Source: Myxococcota bacterium | GTDB taxonomy: Bacteria > Myxococcota_A > UBA796 > UBA2385 | Length of the DNA: 64,000 bases | Direction: 5' to 3' | Assembly (NCBI GenBank): GCA_044344255.1 | Contig: JBIJDH010000004.1 | Location: 426,632 to 490,631, forward strand | Shown here: piece after piece, positions 48,832 to 56,927 of the stretch | Position numbering within the stretch: the stretch's first letter is position 1 | Layout: each line of letters starts with the position of its first letter | Translations under genes and position numbers: made by a program | The notes under the pieces: model-generated | What the model was told of the DNA's origin: nothing | Database searches by the model: none | Seen by the model: only the letters and a program-made list of their open reading frames with translations

Positions 48832-49964
48832 GCACCATCATTCAGGCCCTCTCGCGGCGTCGCCCCCTCGACAAGGCGGCCGTGGACGCCTTCATCGCCG
48901 CGCACACCTTCCCGATCGTGGAGGGGCGGGAGATCACCTTCGTGTATCGGGGGGTCGCCGACGCTGTCTTCCTCCGGCACTTCATCCTCGGCCTCCCCTC
49001 GCAGATGCCCTTCCACCGGCTGGAGGGCACCGATCTCTGGTACTGCACCGCCGACATCCCGAAGGGTTCGCGGGTCGAGTACAAATTGGACGTCCAGCGC
49101 GGGAGCCACAGCGACTGGATACGGGATCCCCTCAACCCGAAGATCGCCCATGATCCCTTCGGCGCGAACTCGGTCTGCTCCGGGGAGGGCTACGCGACGC
49201 CGACGTGGATCGAGGCAGATCCAGAGGCCCGCCCAGGAGAGCTTCATGAGCTGACCTTCGCGCGGACCCCCTTCGGCGAGCCTCGACGCGTGACGCTCTA
49301 CCTTCCGGCCCGCTTCCGTCGGAGTCGGCGTTACCCCTTGTTGGTTGTCCACGACGGCGGAGACTATCTCCACTATTCTCGCTTGAAGACCGTGCTCGAC
49401 AACCTCATCCATCGCGGAGAGGTGCTCCCGCTGGTGGCCGCGCTCACCCACCCCGGCAACCGGATGGTGGAGTACCCCGACGACAAGCGCCATCAGGCCT
49501 TCATCGTCGAGACCCTCGTGCCCAAGCTCGAGGCGGAGTACCCGCTGTATGGTGACCCCGCGAACCGTTGCCTCATGGGCGCCAGCTTCGGGGCGGTGGC
49601 CTCCTTGTCCACAGCGTGGAGGTACCCGGGCTTCTTCGGAAAGCTGTTGTTGCAGTCTGGCTCTTTCGCCTTCACCGACATCGGCACCCACCAGCGAGGC
49701 CCGGCCTTTGACCCGGTCGTCCGGTTCATGAACGAGTTCCGCGAGCGGCCGGGGCGACCCGCCGCCGAGGCCTTTGTCTCATGTGGAACCTACGAGTCGC
49801 TGATCTACGAGAATCGATCGATGGTGCCCTTCTTCCAGGACATGGGGATGGACGTCAAGTATGTCGAGGCCCGGGATGGACACAACTGGGAGAACTGGCG
49901 TGACCGTCTGCGGGATGGTTTGAGTTGGTTGTTTCGAGGACATCTGTGGATGGTGTACGAATAG
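48828..49964 (+). CDS. Enterochelin-esterase-like alpha/beta hydrolase with N-terminal Ig/CBM48-like domain
   Basis: GTG start overlaps the upstream stop (GTGA); ITFVYRG...LEGTDLW...RVEYKL...DPLNP; VTLYLP, YPLLVVHDG, GASFG (GxSxG), QSGSF, GHNWENWR. Confidence 0.85.
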   Translation: MSTIIQALSRRRPLDKAAVDAFIAAHTFPIVEGREITFVYRGVADAVFLRHFILGLPSQMPFHRLEGTDLWYCTADIPKGSRVEYKLDVQRGSHSDWIRDPLNPKIAHDPFGANSVCSGEGYATPTWIEADPEARPGELHELTFARTPFGEPRRVTLYLPARFRRSRRYPLLVVHDGGDYLHYSRLKTVLDNLIHRGEVLPLVAALTHPGNRMVEYPDDKRHQAFIVETLVPKLEAEYPLYGDPANRCLMGASFGAVASLSTAWRYPGFFGKLLLQSGSFAFTDIGTHQRGPAFDPVVRFMNEFRERPGRPAAEAFVSCGTYESLIYENRSMVPFFQDMGMDVKYVEARDGHNWENWRDRLRDGLSWLFRGHLWMVYE

Positions 49965-49995
49965 ATGATTGAGGCGGCCCTGGACCGCCGACGTT

Positions 49996-51009
49996 ATGCC
50001 CCCCCCCATGACGGCACAGGCGATCCCTCAGATTCTGGCGGCGGGGCTATCTTCGGCCGCCCTTGAAGAGCTTCGCGTCGCCCTCCGCCCCTGGGGCCCG
50101 GTGGAGCCGCTCGCCGACGTCGTCGGTCTGCTGGCGCGCGTCCGAGAGGGGGGGGCCGATCTGGTGGTGCTGCCCGCCGATCAGGCCGAAGGCGTCGGGG
50201 CCGCCGAGCGCCTGCGGCGGGCCGGGAGCCGTCCTGTGGTGTGCCTCGTGGGAGAGGGTGGGCTCGGACAGCGCCTGGTCCGTCACCTGCTGTCAGAGCA
50301 CCGCGCCCAAGTCTGCCTCGATCGTCCGATCCCGACCGACTTCCTCCATCGCACCCTCGAGCCCCTGTTGCCGAGGCCCGCTCCGGCAGAAGAGAGCGCC
50401 CGAGTCGAACCTTCGGCGCATCAGGCCCTGCGGTCCGAGCTCGCCGAGGCGAAGGCGGCCCTCGATCGGGCCCGATCGGAGGCAGATCAGGCCGATGCGG
50501 CCCGCCTCTCGGAGTTGGCGCTGCAGGTCTCCCACCGTGTCGCGGTGGAGTCGCAGGTGCGAGCCTTGGAGGCGGCGGCCGTCGAGCAGGCGGAGCGGCT
50601 CTCGCGTCGGGAGGCGGAGCTGCGGCGGGCCGCTGAGACGCGGGAGGCCGATCGCCTCGCCCTCCAGGCAGCCCGAGATCGGGAGGCGGCGCTGTCCCGC
50701 TCGGTCACCGCGCTGGAGGCCCGCCTGGACAATCTGCTGGGCGAGCAGGCCGCGAGGCTGGCCGAACACCGAGCGTTGGTAGACGCCCACGAGATCAGGG
50801 GTCTGGAGGTCGCCCGCCTCCACCGGCTGGCAGAGGCGGAGCGTGCGACGGTCCGGGCGACGGTTGAGGCCGCCGAGACGGAGCTGGCCGGCCTCCGGGC
50901 CGAGCTCGACGCCGCTCGAGAGGACGCTGTCCTCGCCCGCGACGAGGCCATCGCAGACCTCCGCTGGTTCATGGGCGAGCTCGGTCGGCTGCGGGGCGAG
51001 GAGCCCTGA
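49996..51009 (+). CDS. Degenerate receiver-like domain + long coiled coil (FrzS/AglZ-like architecture)
   Basis: QILAAG...ADLVVL...RPVVCL...CLDRPI followed by about 190 aa of A/E/R-rich heptads. Start could be 50008. Confidence 0.55.
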   Translation: MPPPMTAQAIPQILAAGLSSAALEELRVALRPWGPVEPLADVVGLLARVREGGADLVVLPADQAEGVGAAERLRRAGSRPVVCLVGEGGLGQRLVRHLLSEHRAQVCLDRPIPTDFLHRTLEPLLPRPAPAEESARVEPSAHQALRSELAEAKAALDRARSEADQADAARLSELALQVSHRVAVESQVRALEAAAVEQAERLSRREAELRRAAETREADRLALQAARDREAALSRSVTALEARLDNLLGEQAARLAEHRALVDAHEIRGLEVARLHRLAEAERATVRATVEAAETELAGLRAELDAAREDAVLARDEAIADLRWFMGELGRLRGEEP

Positions 51010-51129
51010 GCCCGGCGGGCATCCGCGATCCGCGGGAGCCCATCGCGGTGGGGGTGGGCGCGCACATTCTTCCGCCATAGGGCAACCAATCGCGGGCCGA
51101 CGGCGTACTCCTCGGTCTGTGAGGTCTCC

Positions 51130-52191
51130 ATGCGCCCCGTCCGCCTCGGTGTCCAGCTCCTCCCCCGTGGCGCGGCTGCCTCGGCCCTGTCCCGTCGCGC
51201 GATCATGGCGCAAGGCGCCGCGCTGGCGGTGGTCGCCTGCCAGGGCAAGGGGGACAGCGACGGGGCGGCGGAGGGGGGGGCGGACACCCAGCTCCAGCTC
51301 GACAGCATCGAGCCGATCACGGCTAACGAAGACTTCTACGTCACCAGCTGCTGCGGGAGCCCGGAGATCGATCGCGCAACCTGGACCCTCGACGTCCTTG
51401 ACTCCACCACCGCCGAGCCCGCTCCGCTCACGAGCTTCACCCTCGCGGACTTCGAGGCGATGACCGGGGTGGAGAAGGAGCACACCCTCGAGTGTATCGG
51501 CGGCGGCCCTTACCATCAGGCGATCAGCAACGCGGTCTGGCGGGGGCTGCCCTTCCGCGACATCCTGGCCCAGCGCGGCGTCGAGGTGCCGATGGCGGCG
51601 GTGGAGATCAAGTTCACCGGCGCCGACGGCTACACCACCTCCCTGCCCATTGCGGATCTCGACACCCCCTTCTGGCTGGTGTGGCGGATGAACGGTGAGC
51701 CGCTGCCCGTCGATCATGGGACCTGCGTGAGGGCGCTGACGCCGGGTCGGTACGGCATGAAGAACCCCAAGTGGATCGTGCTCATGGAGTTCATCGCCGA
51801 GCCCTACCTCGGCTTCTGGGAGACCATCGGTTGGTCGAACGAGGCCCCCTACAAGCCGAACGCCTTCATCCGCACCCCCGAGGACCGGGCGACCCTCGAC
51901 GCCGGGCCGTTCACGCTGGTGGGCACGGCCTTCGCGGGGGCGGATCCCGTGGTCTCGGTGGAGGTCAGCCTCGATGACGGGCTCAGCTGGGCGCCCGCGG
52001 AGCTCACCTATTCGAACGGCCCCGACATTTGGGCCCTCTGGCGCTACGAGTGGGAGGCCACCGCCGGGACCCACGCGCTGCGGGTGCGGGCCACGACCGA
52101 GGCCGGCGCCGAGACCGGCCAGGACCCCTTGGGGACCGATCCCACCGCCGGCTACGACGGCGGGATGCGGGTCGAGGTGGAGGTGCTGTGA
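51130..52191 (+). CDS. Sulfite-oxidase-family molybdopterin oxidoreductase, Tat-exported lipoprotein
   Basis: SRRAIM...VVAC; ITANEDFY, TLECIG (Mo-ligating Cys), ISNAVWRG, GADGY..S, MNGEPLPVDHG, PGRYGMKNPKW, GFWE..GW; C-terminal dimerisation domain (VEVSLDDG.SW). Confidence 0.88.
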   Translation: MRPVRLGVQLLPRGAAASALSRRAIMAQGAALAVVACQGKGDSDGAAEGGADTQLQLDSIEPITANEDFYVTSCCGSPEIDRATWTLDVLDSTTAEPAPLTSFTLADFEAMTGVEKEHTLECIGGGPYHQAISNAVWRGLPFRDILAQRGVEVPMAAVEIKFTGADGYTTSLPIADLDTPFWLVWRMNGEPLPVDHGTCVRALTPGRYGMKNPKWIVLMEFIAEPYLGFWETIGWSNEAPYKPNAFIRTPEDRATLDAGPFTLVGTAFAGADPVVSVEVSLDDGLSWAPAELTYSNGPDIWALWRYEWEATAGTHALRVRATTEAGAETGQDPLGTDPTAGYDGGMRVEVEVL

Positions 52192-52604
52192 AGGGGCTGC
52201 TGCTACCGGTCCTCGCCGCGCTCTCTCCGCGCGGGGCCGCAGAAGAGGGCGTGTTGATCCGCCTCGGCGGCGCGGTGGAGCCGGCCAGCGCGGCGGCCGC
52301 GGCGCCGCCCCCCTGGAGCGGACCCCTGGTGAACCTGAGCTTTGAGCGCGCGGAGATCCACTCGGTCTTTCGCGTGATGTCGCAGCTCACGGGGCTCAAC
52401 TTCGTGCTGGACGACTCCGTCCGCGGGGAGGTGACGTTGCACCTCGAGGCCGTCCCGGCCGAGCTCGCGCTCGCCGCCCTGCTCCTGCAGCAGGGCCTCG
52501 GGATGACCTGGATCGGGGGCGGCGCCGACGGGGCCGTGCCGACGCCGGGCGCGGTGGTCCAGATCGGCGCGGTGGGCTTGAGAGGCGCACCGGCGGCTCC
52601 TTGA
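52188..52604 (+). CDS. Small protein consisting of a secretin (PilQ-like) N0/STN-type domain
   Basis: GTG start overlaps the upstream stop; WSGPLVNLSFERAEIHSVFRVMSQLTGLNFVLDDSVRGEVTLHLEAVP..LAL..LL...GL matches the PilQ N0 pattern. Confidence 0.7.
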   Translation: MKGLLLPVLAALSPRGAAEEGVLIRLGGAVEPASAAAAAPPPWSGPLVNLSFERAEIHSVFRVMSQLTGLNFVLDDSVRGEVTLHLEAVPAELALAALLLQQGLGMTWIGGGADGAVPTPGAVVQIGAVGLRGAPAAP

Positions 52605-52617
52605 GCGGGACCCGCCT

Positions 52618-53508
52618 TCAGCGCCTGCGGAGCCAGGCGAAGATCCCCGAGCCGCTGTCGGCGGTCAGTCGGGCAGGATCGGCGCCCGGGCTGAGCAGAT
52701 CGACGAGCCGAGGTGCCCCCCCACGACGGAGCAGCTCGGCGTAGGCGTCCTGGTTGCCCTCGTCCTGGAGGTGCACGCGGGCCAGCTCCACGGCGCGAAC
52801 CATCATGGCGGCCCGCTCACGTGCGCCGTGATCGAGGTTGGGGTGATCGACGAACACCCGCCAGGCCGGCAGCAGGTCCTCACAGGCCCGGCGAATGCTC
52901 GCCGGAGAGGCGCCGGGGCGGAGGCCGAAGAGGTCGAACCAGCTCGCGGTGTGTCGCTCGCGGTAGAGGACCTCGAGCAGCCGCCAGGCCTCGGCGTCGA
53001 AGGCCGGCGCGGGCTCCTCTTCCTCGGTCACCACGACGGGCTGGGGCCTCACTTCGGCGGGGCCCGCGTGGAGTCGACCGAGGGCGAGGAGGTCGAGGTC
53101 GGGGATCAGCTGTGGATCGATCCCGTCGAGGGTGGCCTGGGTCTCGTGAAAGCGAGTGTCCCGACCCTCCAAGAGGGCTCGACGGAGGCGCCCGCGGAGG
53201 ACCTCCCTTCGGATGCCCTCCAGGACTCGAAGCTCCACCCGCTTCTCTCGCAGCAGCGCCTGGACGAGGAGGTCTTCATCGGCGGAGTCGTCTGCGAGCG
53301 AGTCGAGCTCGGCGCTGGAGACGACCCCGGTGGCGATGAACGCGGCGGCGAGGTCGTCCTCCGGGGGCTCGACCTCCACCCACATCGCGCGACCCTGGAC
53401 CAGGAGGATGCGGGTCACTCGGCCGCTGTGGCCGACGCTGAGCACCCCGGAGGCCGCCCGGCGCTGGAGGGCCCCCGCGAGATCGATGATGTCGGCGGGC
53501 GTGCTCAT
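52618..53508 (-). CDS. DUF4388/PATAN-like N-terminus + degenerate J-domain
   Basis: ASGVLSV...TRILLVQGR (DUF4388-like); WFDLFGLRPGASPASIRRA (J-like) lacking HPD. ATG at 53508 overlaps the upstream stop. Confidence 0.6.
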   Translation of the reverse strand: MSTPADIIDLAGALQRRAASGVLSVGHSGRVTRILLVQGRAMWVEVEPPEDDLAAAFIATGVVSSAELDSLADDSADEDLLVQALLREKRVELRVLEGIRREVLRGRLRRALLEGRDTRFHETQATLDGIDPQLIPDLDLLALGRLHAGPAEVRPQPVVVTEEEEPAPAFDAEAWRLLEVLYRERHTASWFDLFGLRPGASPASIRRACEDLLPAWRVFVDHPNLDHGARERAAMMVRAVELARVHLQDEGNQDAYAELLRRGGAPRLVDLLSPGADPARLTADSGSGIFAWLRRR

Positions 53509-54410
53509 GCGGCGGGACGATCGCCCTCCTCCATCGATGCGCCTTCGGGCGGGCGATCGCGCAGCGGGGGTGCGGAGGCGGCCGCGCGGATCCAGCCGGC
53601 GACCTCTGCGCAGCGGTCCAGGAAGGGGGCGTGCCCGACTCCAGGGGGGCGGGCGATCTGCGCCCCCGGCGGGAGGTGGCGCTCGAAGAAGTGGAGGGAG
53701 GCGAGGGGCATGATCGCCTCCTCCGTCCCCCAATAGAGGTGCACGGGCATCGCGAGCGCGCGGAGCTCTTCGGCGCGGAGCAGGTGTTCGGGAGAGATCT
53801 GGCGGAGGAACTCGCGGATGGCGGGGCGGTTGAAGCGCTGTGACACGCCCCAGGCCATCCAGGCGGCGGGGATGGGAGGCTTGGTCCAGACCCGGCGGAT
53901 AAAGGTGAGCGCCGCACCCGGGCGCTCGAGATCAAAGGTCGAGAGGAATTCGCGGAGCTCCTGCTCCACTTGGGGCGCGCCGCCGGGAGACACCAGCACG
54001 ATCGAGCGGCAGGCGGCGGGGCGCGCAATGGCGAAGCGCACCGCGGCGATGCCTCCGAGCGAATTGCCGAACACGATCATGGGCTCTCGCACGACCTGAT
54101 CGAGGGCTTCAACGATCGCGGCGTGCAGCCGGTGTGGCTCCATGCCGCCGCTCGGGACCGGGCTGCCGCCGTGGCCGGGGAGGTCCGGGGCGAGGATTCG
54201 TCGAAAGTGAGGGCGAAGAGCCCGAATCAAGGGTGCGTAGTCTGCGGCCGCTGAGGACAAGCCGTGAAACAAGAGGACCGGCGGCAGGGTGCCCTCTCCC
54301 GGCACGTCGAGGATGTGCACCTCGCCGAGCGACGTCTCCACCCGCCGGCTGGCCCAACCCAGGGTGTTCAGAAAGCGCAAGGTCATGCGGTCGAAGTGGT
54401 CGAGCATCAT
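53505..54410 (-). CDS. Alpha/beta-fold hydrolase (lipase/esterase-like)
   Basis: PVLLFHGL, APDLPGHG, GNSLGG, WGTEE, GVGHAP. Confidence 0.88.
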   Translation of the reverse strand: MMLDHFDRMTLRFLNTLGWASRRVETSLGEVHILDVPGEGTLPPVLLFHGLSSAAADYAPLIRALRPHFRRILAPDLPGHGGSPVPSGGMEPHRLHAAIVEALDQVVREPMIVFGNSLGGIAAVRFAIARPAACRSIVLVSPGGAPQVEQELREFLSTFDLERPGAALTFIRRVWTKPPIPAAWMAWGVSQRFNRPAIREFLRQISPEHLLRAEELRALAMPVHLYWGTEEAIMPLASLHFFERHLPPGAQIARPPGVGHAPFLDRCAEVAGWIRAAASAPPLRDRPPEGASMEEGDRPAA

Positions 54411-54438
54411 CTGGTCGGCGGCGAGGGGATGGAGTATC

Positions 54439-54452
54439 CTGACGTCAGTCAG
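54439..54452. promoter_or_regulatory. Palindromic operator-like site CTGAC-N4-GTCAG between divergent lipid genes
   Basis: ctgacgtcagtcag in a 56-bp divergent intergenic gap; also contains the perfect palindrome CTGACGTCAG. Confidence 0.4.
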
Positions 54453-54466
54453 TGACCGGGGGCTGC

Positions 54467-55510
54467 ATGGCGGAGCGTGAAGAGCAAGTTGGGCTGGGTG
54501 AAGCGGCGGTGGCCGGTCCGCCTCGACCCCTGGGTGGGGAGCGTGGAGCGTCGGTCCCGAGCGCGGCGACCCCCGAAGCGCCACCCCAGGGCCCTCAGTT
54601 TACAGGACCTGCGGGCGGTGGGGGCCGTGGTCGGGTGATGGAGTGGGTGCATGGGGAGGCCGATCACCCTTGGGGAGCAAACCCGGGCGACGTCGATCCC
54701 GCGCTCATCCTGCGCACGGTGGACAAGCTGGGCGCCATCTTCGGCCCCGGTCGGTACTTTCGACTCCGGGTGGATGGTTGGGATGTCCTCCCGGCGCCGC
54801 CCGCGCTCTTCGTCTCCAATCACTCCGGCGGGACGGTCATCCCCGACTGTTGGGGCCTGATGGCGGCTTGGTACAAGCACCACGGCGCCTCGCGGATCAT
54901 GCACCCCTTGGCCCACGAGCTGGTGCTGGGCAATGAGCTGACCGGTCGGCCGCTCTCCGCGCTCGGCATCATCCGCGCCGATCGGGAGCAGGCGGCGCGG
55001 GCGCTCCGCGATTGGCAGCGGGACGTCCTCGTCATGCCGGGGGGTGACCGTGACACCTGGCGGCCGTGGAAGGACCGTTACAGGGTAAACTTTGCAGGTA
55101 GAAAGGGCTATTGTTGGCTGGCTCTCAAGACGGGTGTGCCGATCGTCCCGCTCGGCAACGCCGGGGCCCACGACACCCTGATCGTGTTGAGCGATGGGGA
55201 GCGGGTGGCCCGCCGCCTGCGGCTCCCGGAGCTCTTCCGGGCGACGATCTTCCCGGTTCACCTGAGCGTGCCGTGGGGCCTCGGGATCGGCCCGTTGCCG
55301 CACATCCCGCTTCCCTTGACCCTCCGGTACCGGTTTGGCGCTCCGATCCCGGTGGACGCAGTGGAGGCCGATCGCGATCCGACCGCCGCCGAGGTGGACG
55401 CCCTCGACGCGGAGGTGCGGCTCCAGCTCCAGCGGGTGCTCGATCAGCTCCGCTTTGACGCCCCCCACCGTGGCCTGCTGCGCCGGATCGACTCCCGCCT
55501 GCGGGGGTGA
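54467..55510 (+). CDS. Lysophospholipid/acylglycerol acyltransferase family protein
   Basis: ALFVSNHSGG...D, VLVMPGG, RKGY..LALKTGVPIVP, RFGAPI. Confidence 0.88.
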   Translation: MAEREEQVGLGEAAVAGPPRPLGGERGASVPSAATPEAPPQGPQFTGPAGGGGRGRVMEWVHGEADHPWGANPGDVDPALILRTVDKLGAIFGPGRYFRLRVDGWDVLPAPPALFVSNHSGGTVIPDCWGLMAAWYKHHGASRIMHPLAHELVLGNELTGRPLSALGIIRADREQAARALRDWQRDVLVMPGGDRDTWRPWKDRYRVNFAGRKGYCWLALKTGVPIVPLGNAGAHDTLIVLSDGERVARRLRLPELFRATIFPVHLSVPWGLGIGPLPHIPLPLTLRYRFGAPIPVDAVEADRDPTAAEVDALDAEVRLQLQRVLDQLRFDAPHRGLLRRIDSRLRG

Positions 55511-55607
55511 GCGCCACCTGAACATCGGTGCCGAAGCCGCCGTGCGGCTGTGCCTTGACAGAGGGGGCGGATCCCGACAGATTGCGAGCGCCAGCACGGG
55601 ATCCGCA

Positions 55608-56885
55608 ATGCACGATTCGCCGGTTTCCTCCCCAGACCGCCCTCCGCCTGCCCCTGGCTGGACGGAGCCGGAGCCCACCTCCTCCAAGTCCGACGGGGAG
55701 CCTCCAGAACCCAAGGCCCGCCGGCCGCGTGTCGAACGATTTCCGATCGGCGCGGCCTCCCAGCGGCTGCGCGCGCGGGCCTACCCAACAGCCACAGAGG
55801 CCGAGTGGACGGACTGGAAGTGGCAGCTCCGCAACCGCCTCCGAAACGAAGAGCAGCTCGCCCGGGTGTTCCAGCTCTCGGCCGGTGAGCGGTCGGCGAC
55901 CGTGCAGAGCCGCGAGGGCCTGCCCGTGGGCATTACGCCGTACTACGCCGCGTTGATGGCGGAGGATGACGCCCTGGAGCCCCTCCGGCGTACGCATATC
56001 CAGGTGCCCGAAGAGCACACCTGGACCGTCGGGGAGGAGCGTGATCCGCTCCATGAGGACGAGAGCAGCCCCGTACCCGGGCTCGTCCATCGTTACCCGG
56101 ACCGGGTGCTGTTTCTGGTCACCGGACACTGCGCGACCTATTGTCGATATTGCACCCGCAGCCGCATGGTCGGAAACCCGACCGAGTACAGCTTCGGCGC
56201 GCGACGCTGGGACGCAGCGCTCGCCTACATCGAGGCCCACCCTGAGATCCGGGACGTCCTGCTGAGCGGCGGTGACGCCCTCACGCTCTCTGATGATCAG
56301 CTGGACTGGCTCCTCGGGCGGCTGGGGCAAATTCGTCACCTCGACTTCATCCGCATCGGCACCAAGGTGCCTGTGGTGTTGCCGATGCGGGTGACGCGGG
56401 CGCTCGTCCGGGTGCTGCGTCGGCACAAGCCGTGGTTGAGCCTTCACTTTACTCACCCGGCTGAGCTCACGCCGGAGGTCACCGAGGCCGCTGCCCGCCT
56501 CGCCGACGCCGGGCTCCCCCTCGGTAGCCAGACTGTGCTCCTGGCGGGGGTGAACGATGAGGTCGAGACCTTGCGCACCTTGTTCCACGGCCTGCTGAAG
56601 CGCCGGATCAGACCATACTACCTCTACCAATGTGATCCCATCCAGGGCTCCGCGCACTTCCGGACGCCGGTGCATTGCGGCGTGGAGATCATCCAGGCCT
56701 TACGGGGGCACACCACCGGCTACGCCGTGCCCACCTTTGTGGTTGACGCGCCGGGCGGAGGCGGGAAGATCGTGCTCGCGCCGGAGGTCGTGGTCGGCCG
56801 GGAGGGGGACTCGCTGTTGCTGCGGGGCTACTCGGGGGGAGTCTTTCGGTATCCGGATCCCGGTGGCACGCTGGGCGCGACCTGA
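55608..56885 (+). CDS. kamA: KamA-family radical SAM enzyme, probable lysine 2,3-aminomutase
   Basis: WTDWKWQLRN, DPLHE, GLVHRYPDR, CATYCRYC (CxxxCxxC), LLSGGD, RIGTK, YYLYQCD, LRGHTTG.AVP, VVDAPGGGGK (PLP Lys). Confidence 0.88.
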   Translation: MHDSPVSSPDRPPPAPGWTEPEPTSSKSDGEPPEPKARRPRVERFPIGAASQRLRARAYPTATEAEWTDWKWQLRNRLRNEEQLARVFQLSAGERSATVQSREGLPVGITPYYAALMAEDDALEPLRRTHIQVPEEHTWTVGEERDPLHEDESSPVPGLVHRYPDRVLFLVTGHCATYCRYCTRSRMVGNPTEYSFGARRWDAALAYIEAHPEIRDVLLSGGDALTLSDDQLDWLLGRLGQIRHLDFIRIGTKVPVVLPMRVTRALVRVLRRHKPWLSLHFTHPAELTPEVTEAAARLADAGLPLGSQTVLLAGVNDEVETLRTLFHGLLKRRIRPYYLYQCDPIQGSAHFRTPVHCGVEIIQALRGHTTGYAVPTFVVDAPGGGGKIVLAPEVVVGREGDSLLLRGYSGGVFRYPDPGGTLGAT

Positions 56886-56927
56886 GCGGCGGCGAAGGCC
56901 CCGCGGGGCCACCCAGCACCCCGCTCA
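56883..56927. terminator. GC-rich inverted repeat between convergent genes
   Basis: Perfect palindrome GGCCCCGCGGGGCC (56897-56910) nested in tgagcgg...ccgctca; no U-tract. Confidence 0.35.

Noticed and set aside
48828..49964. Calling the esterase Fes (siderophore esterase)
   Set aside because: No siderophore, TonB-receptor or Fur-box context is visible; only the fold is supported.
55608..56885. EpmB (EF-P beta-lysylation)
   Set aside because: Length, the N-terminal W.DW.WQ motif and DAPGGGGK fit KamA rather than EpmB, and no efp/epmA is adjacent.
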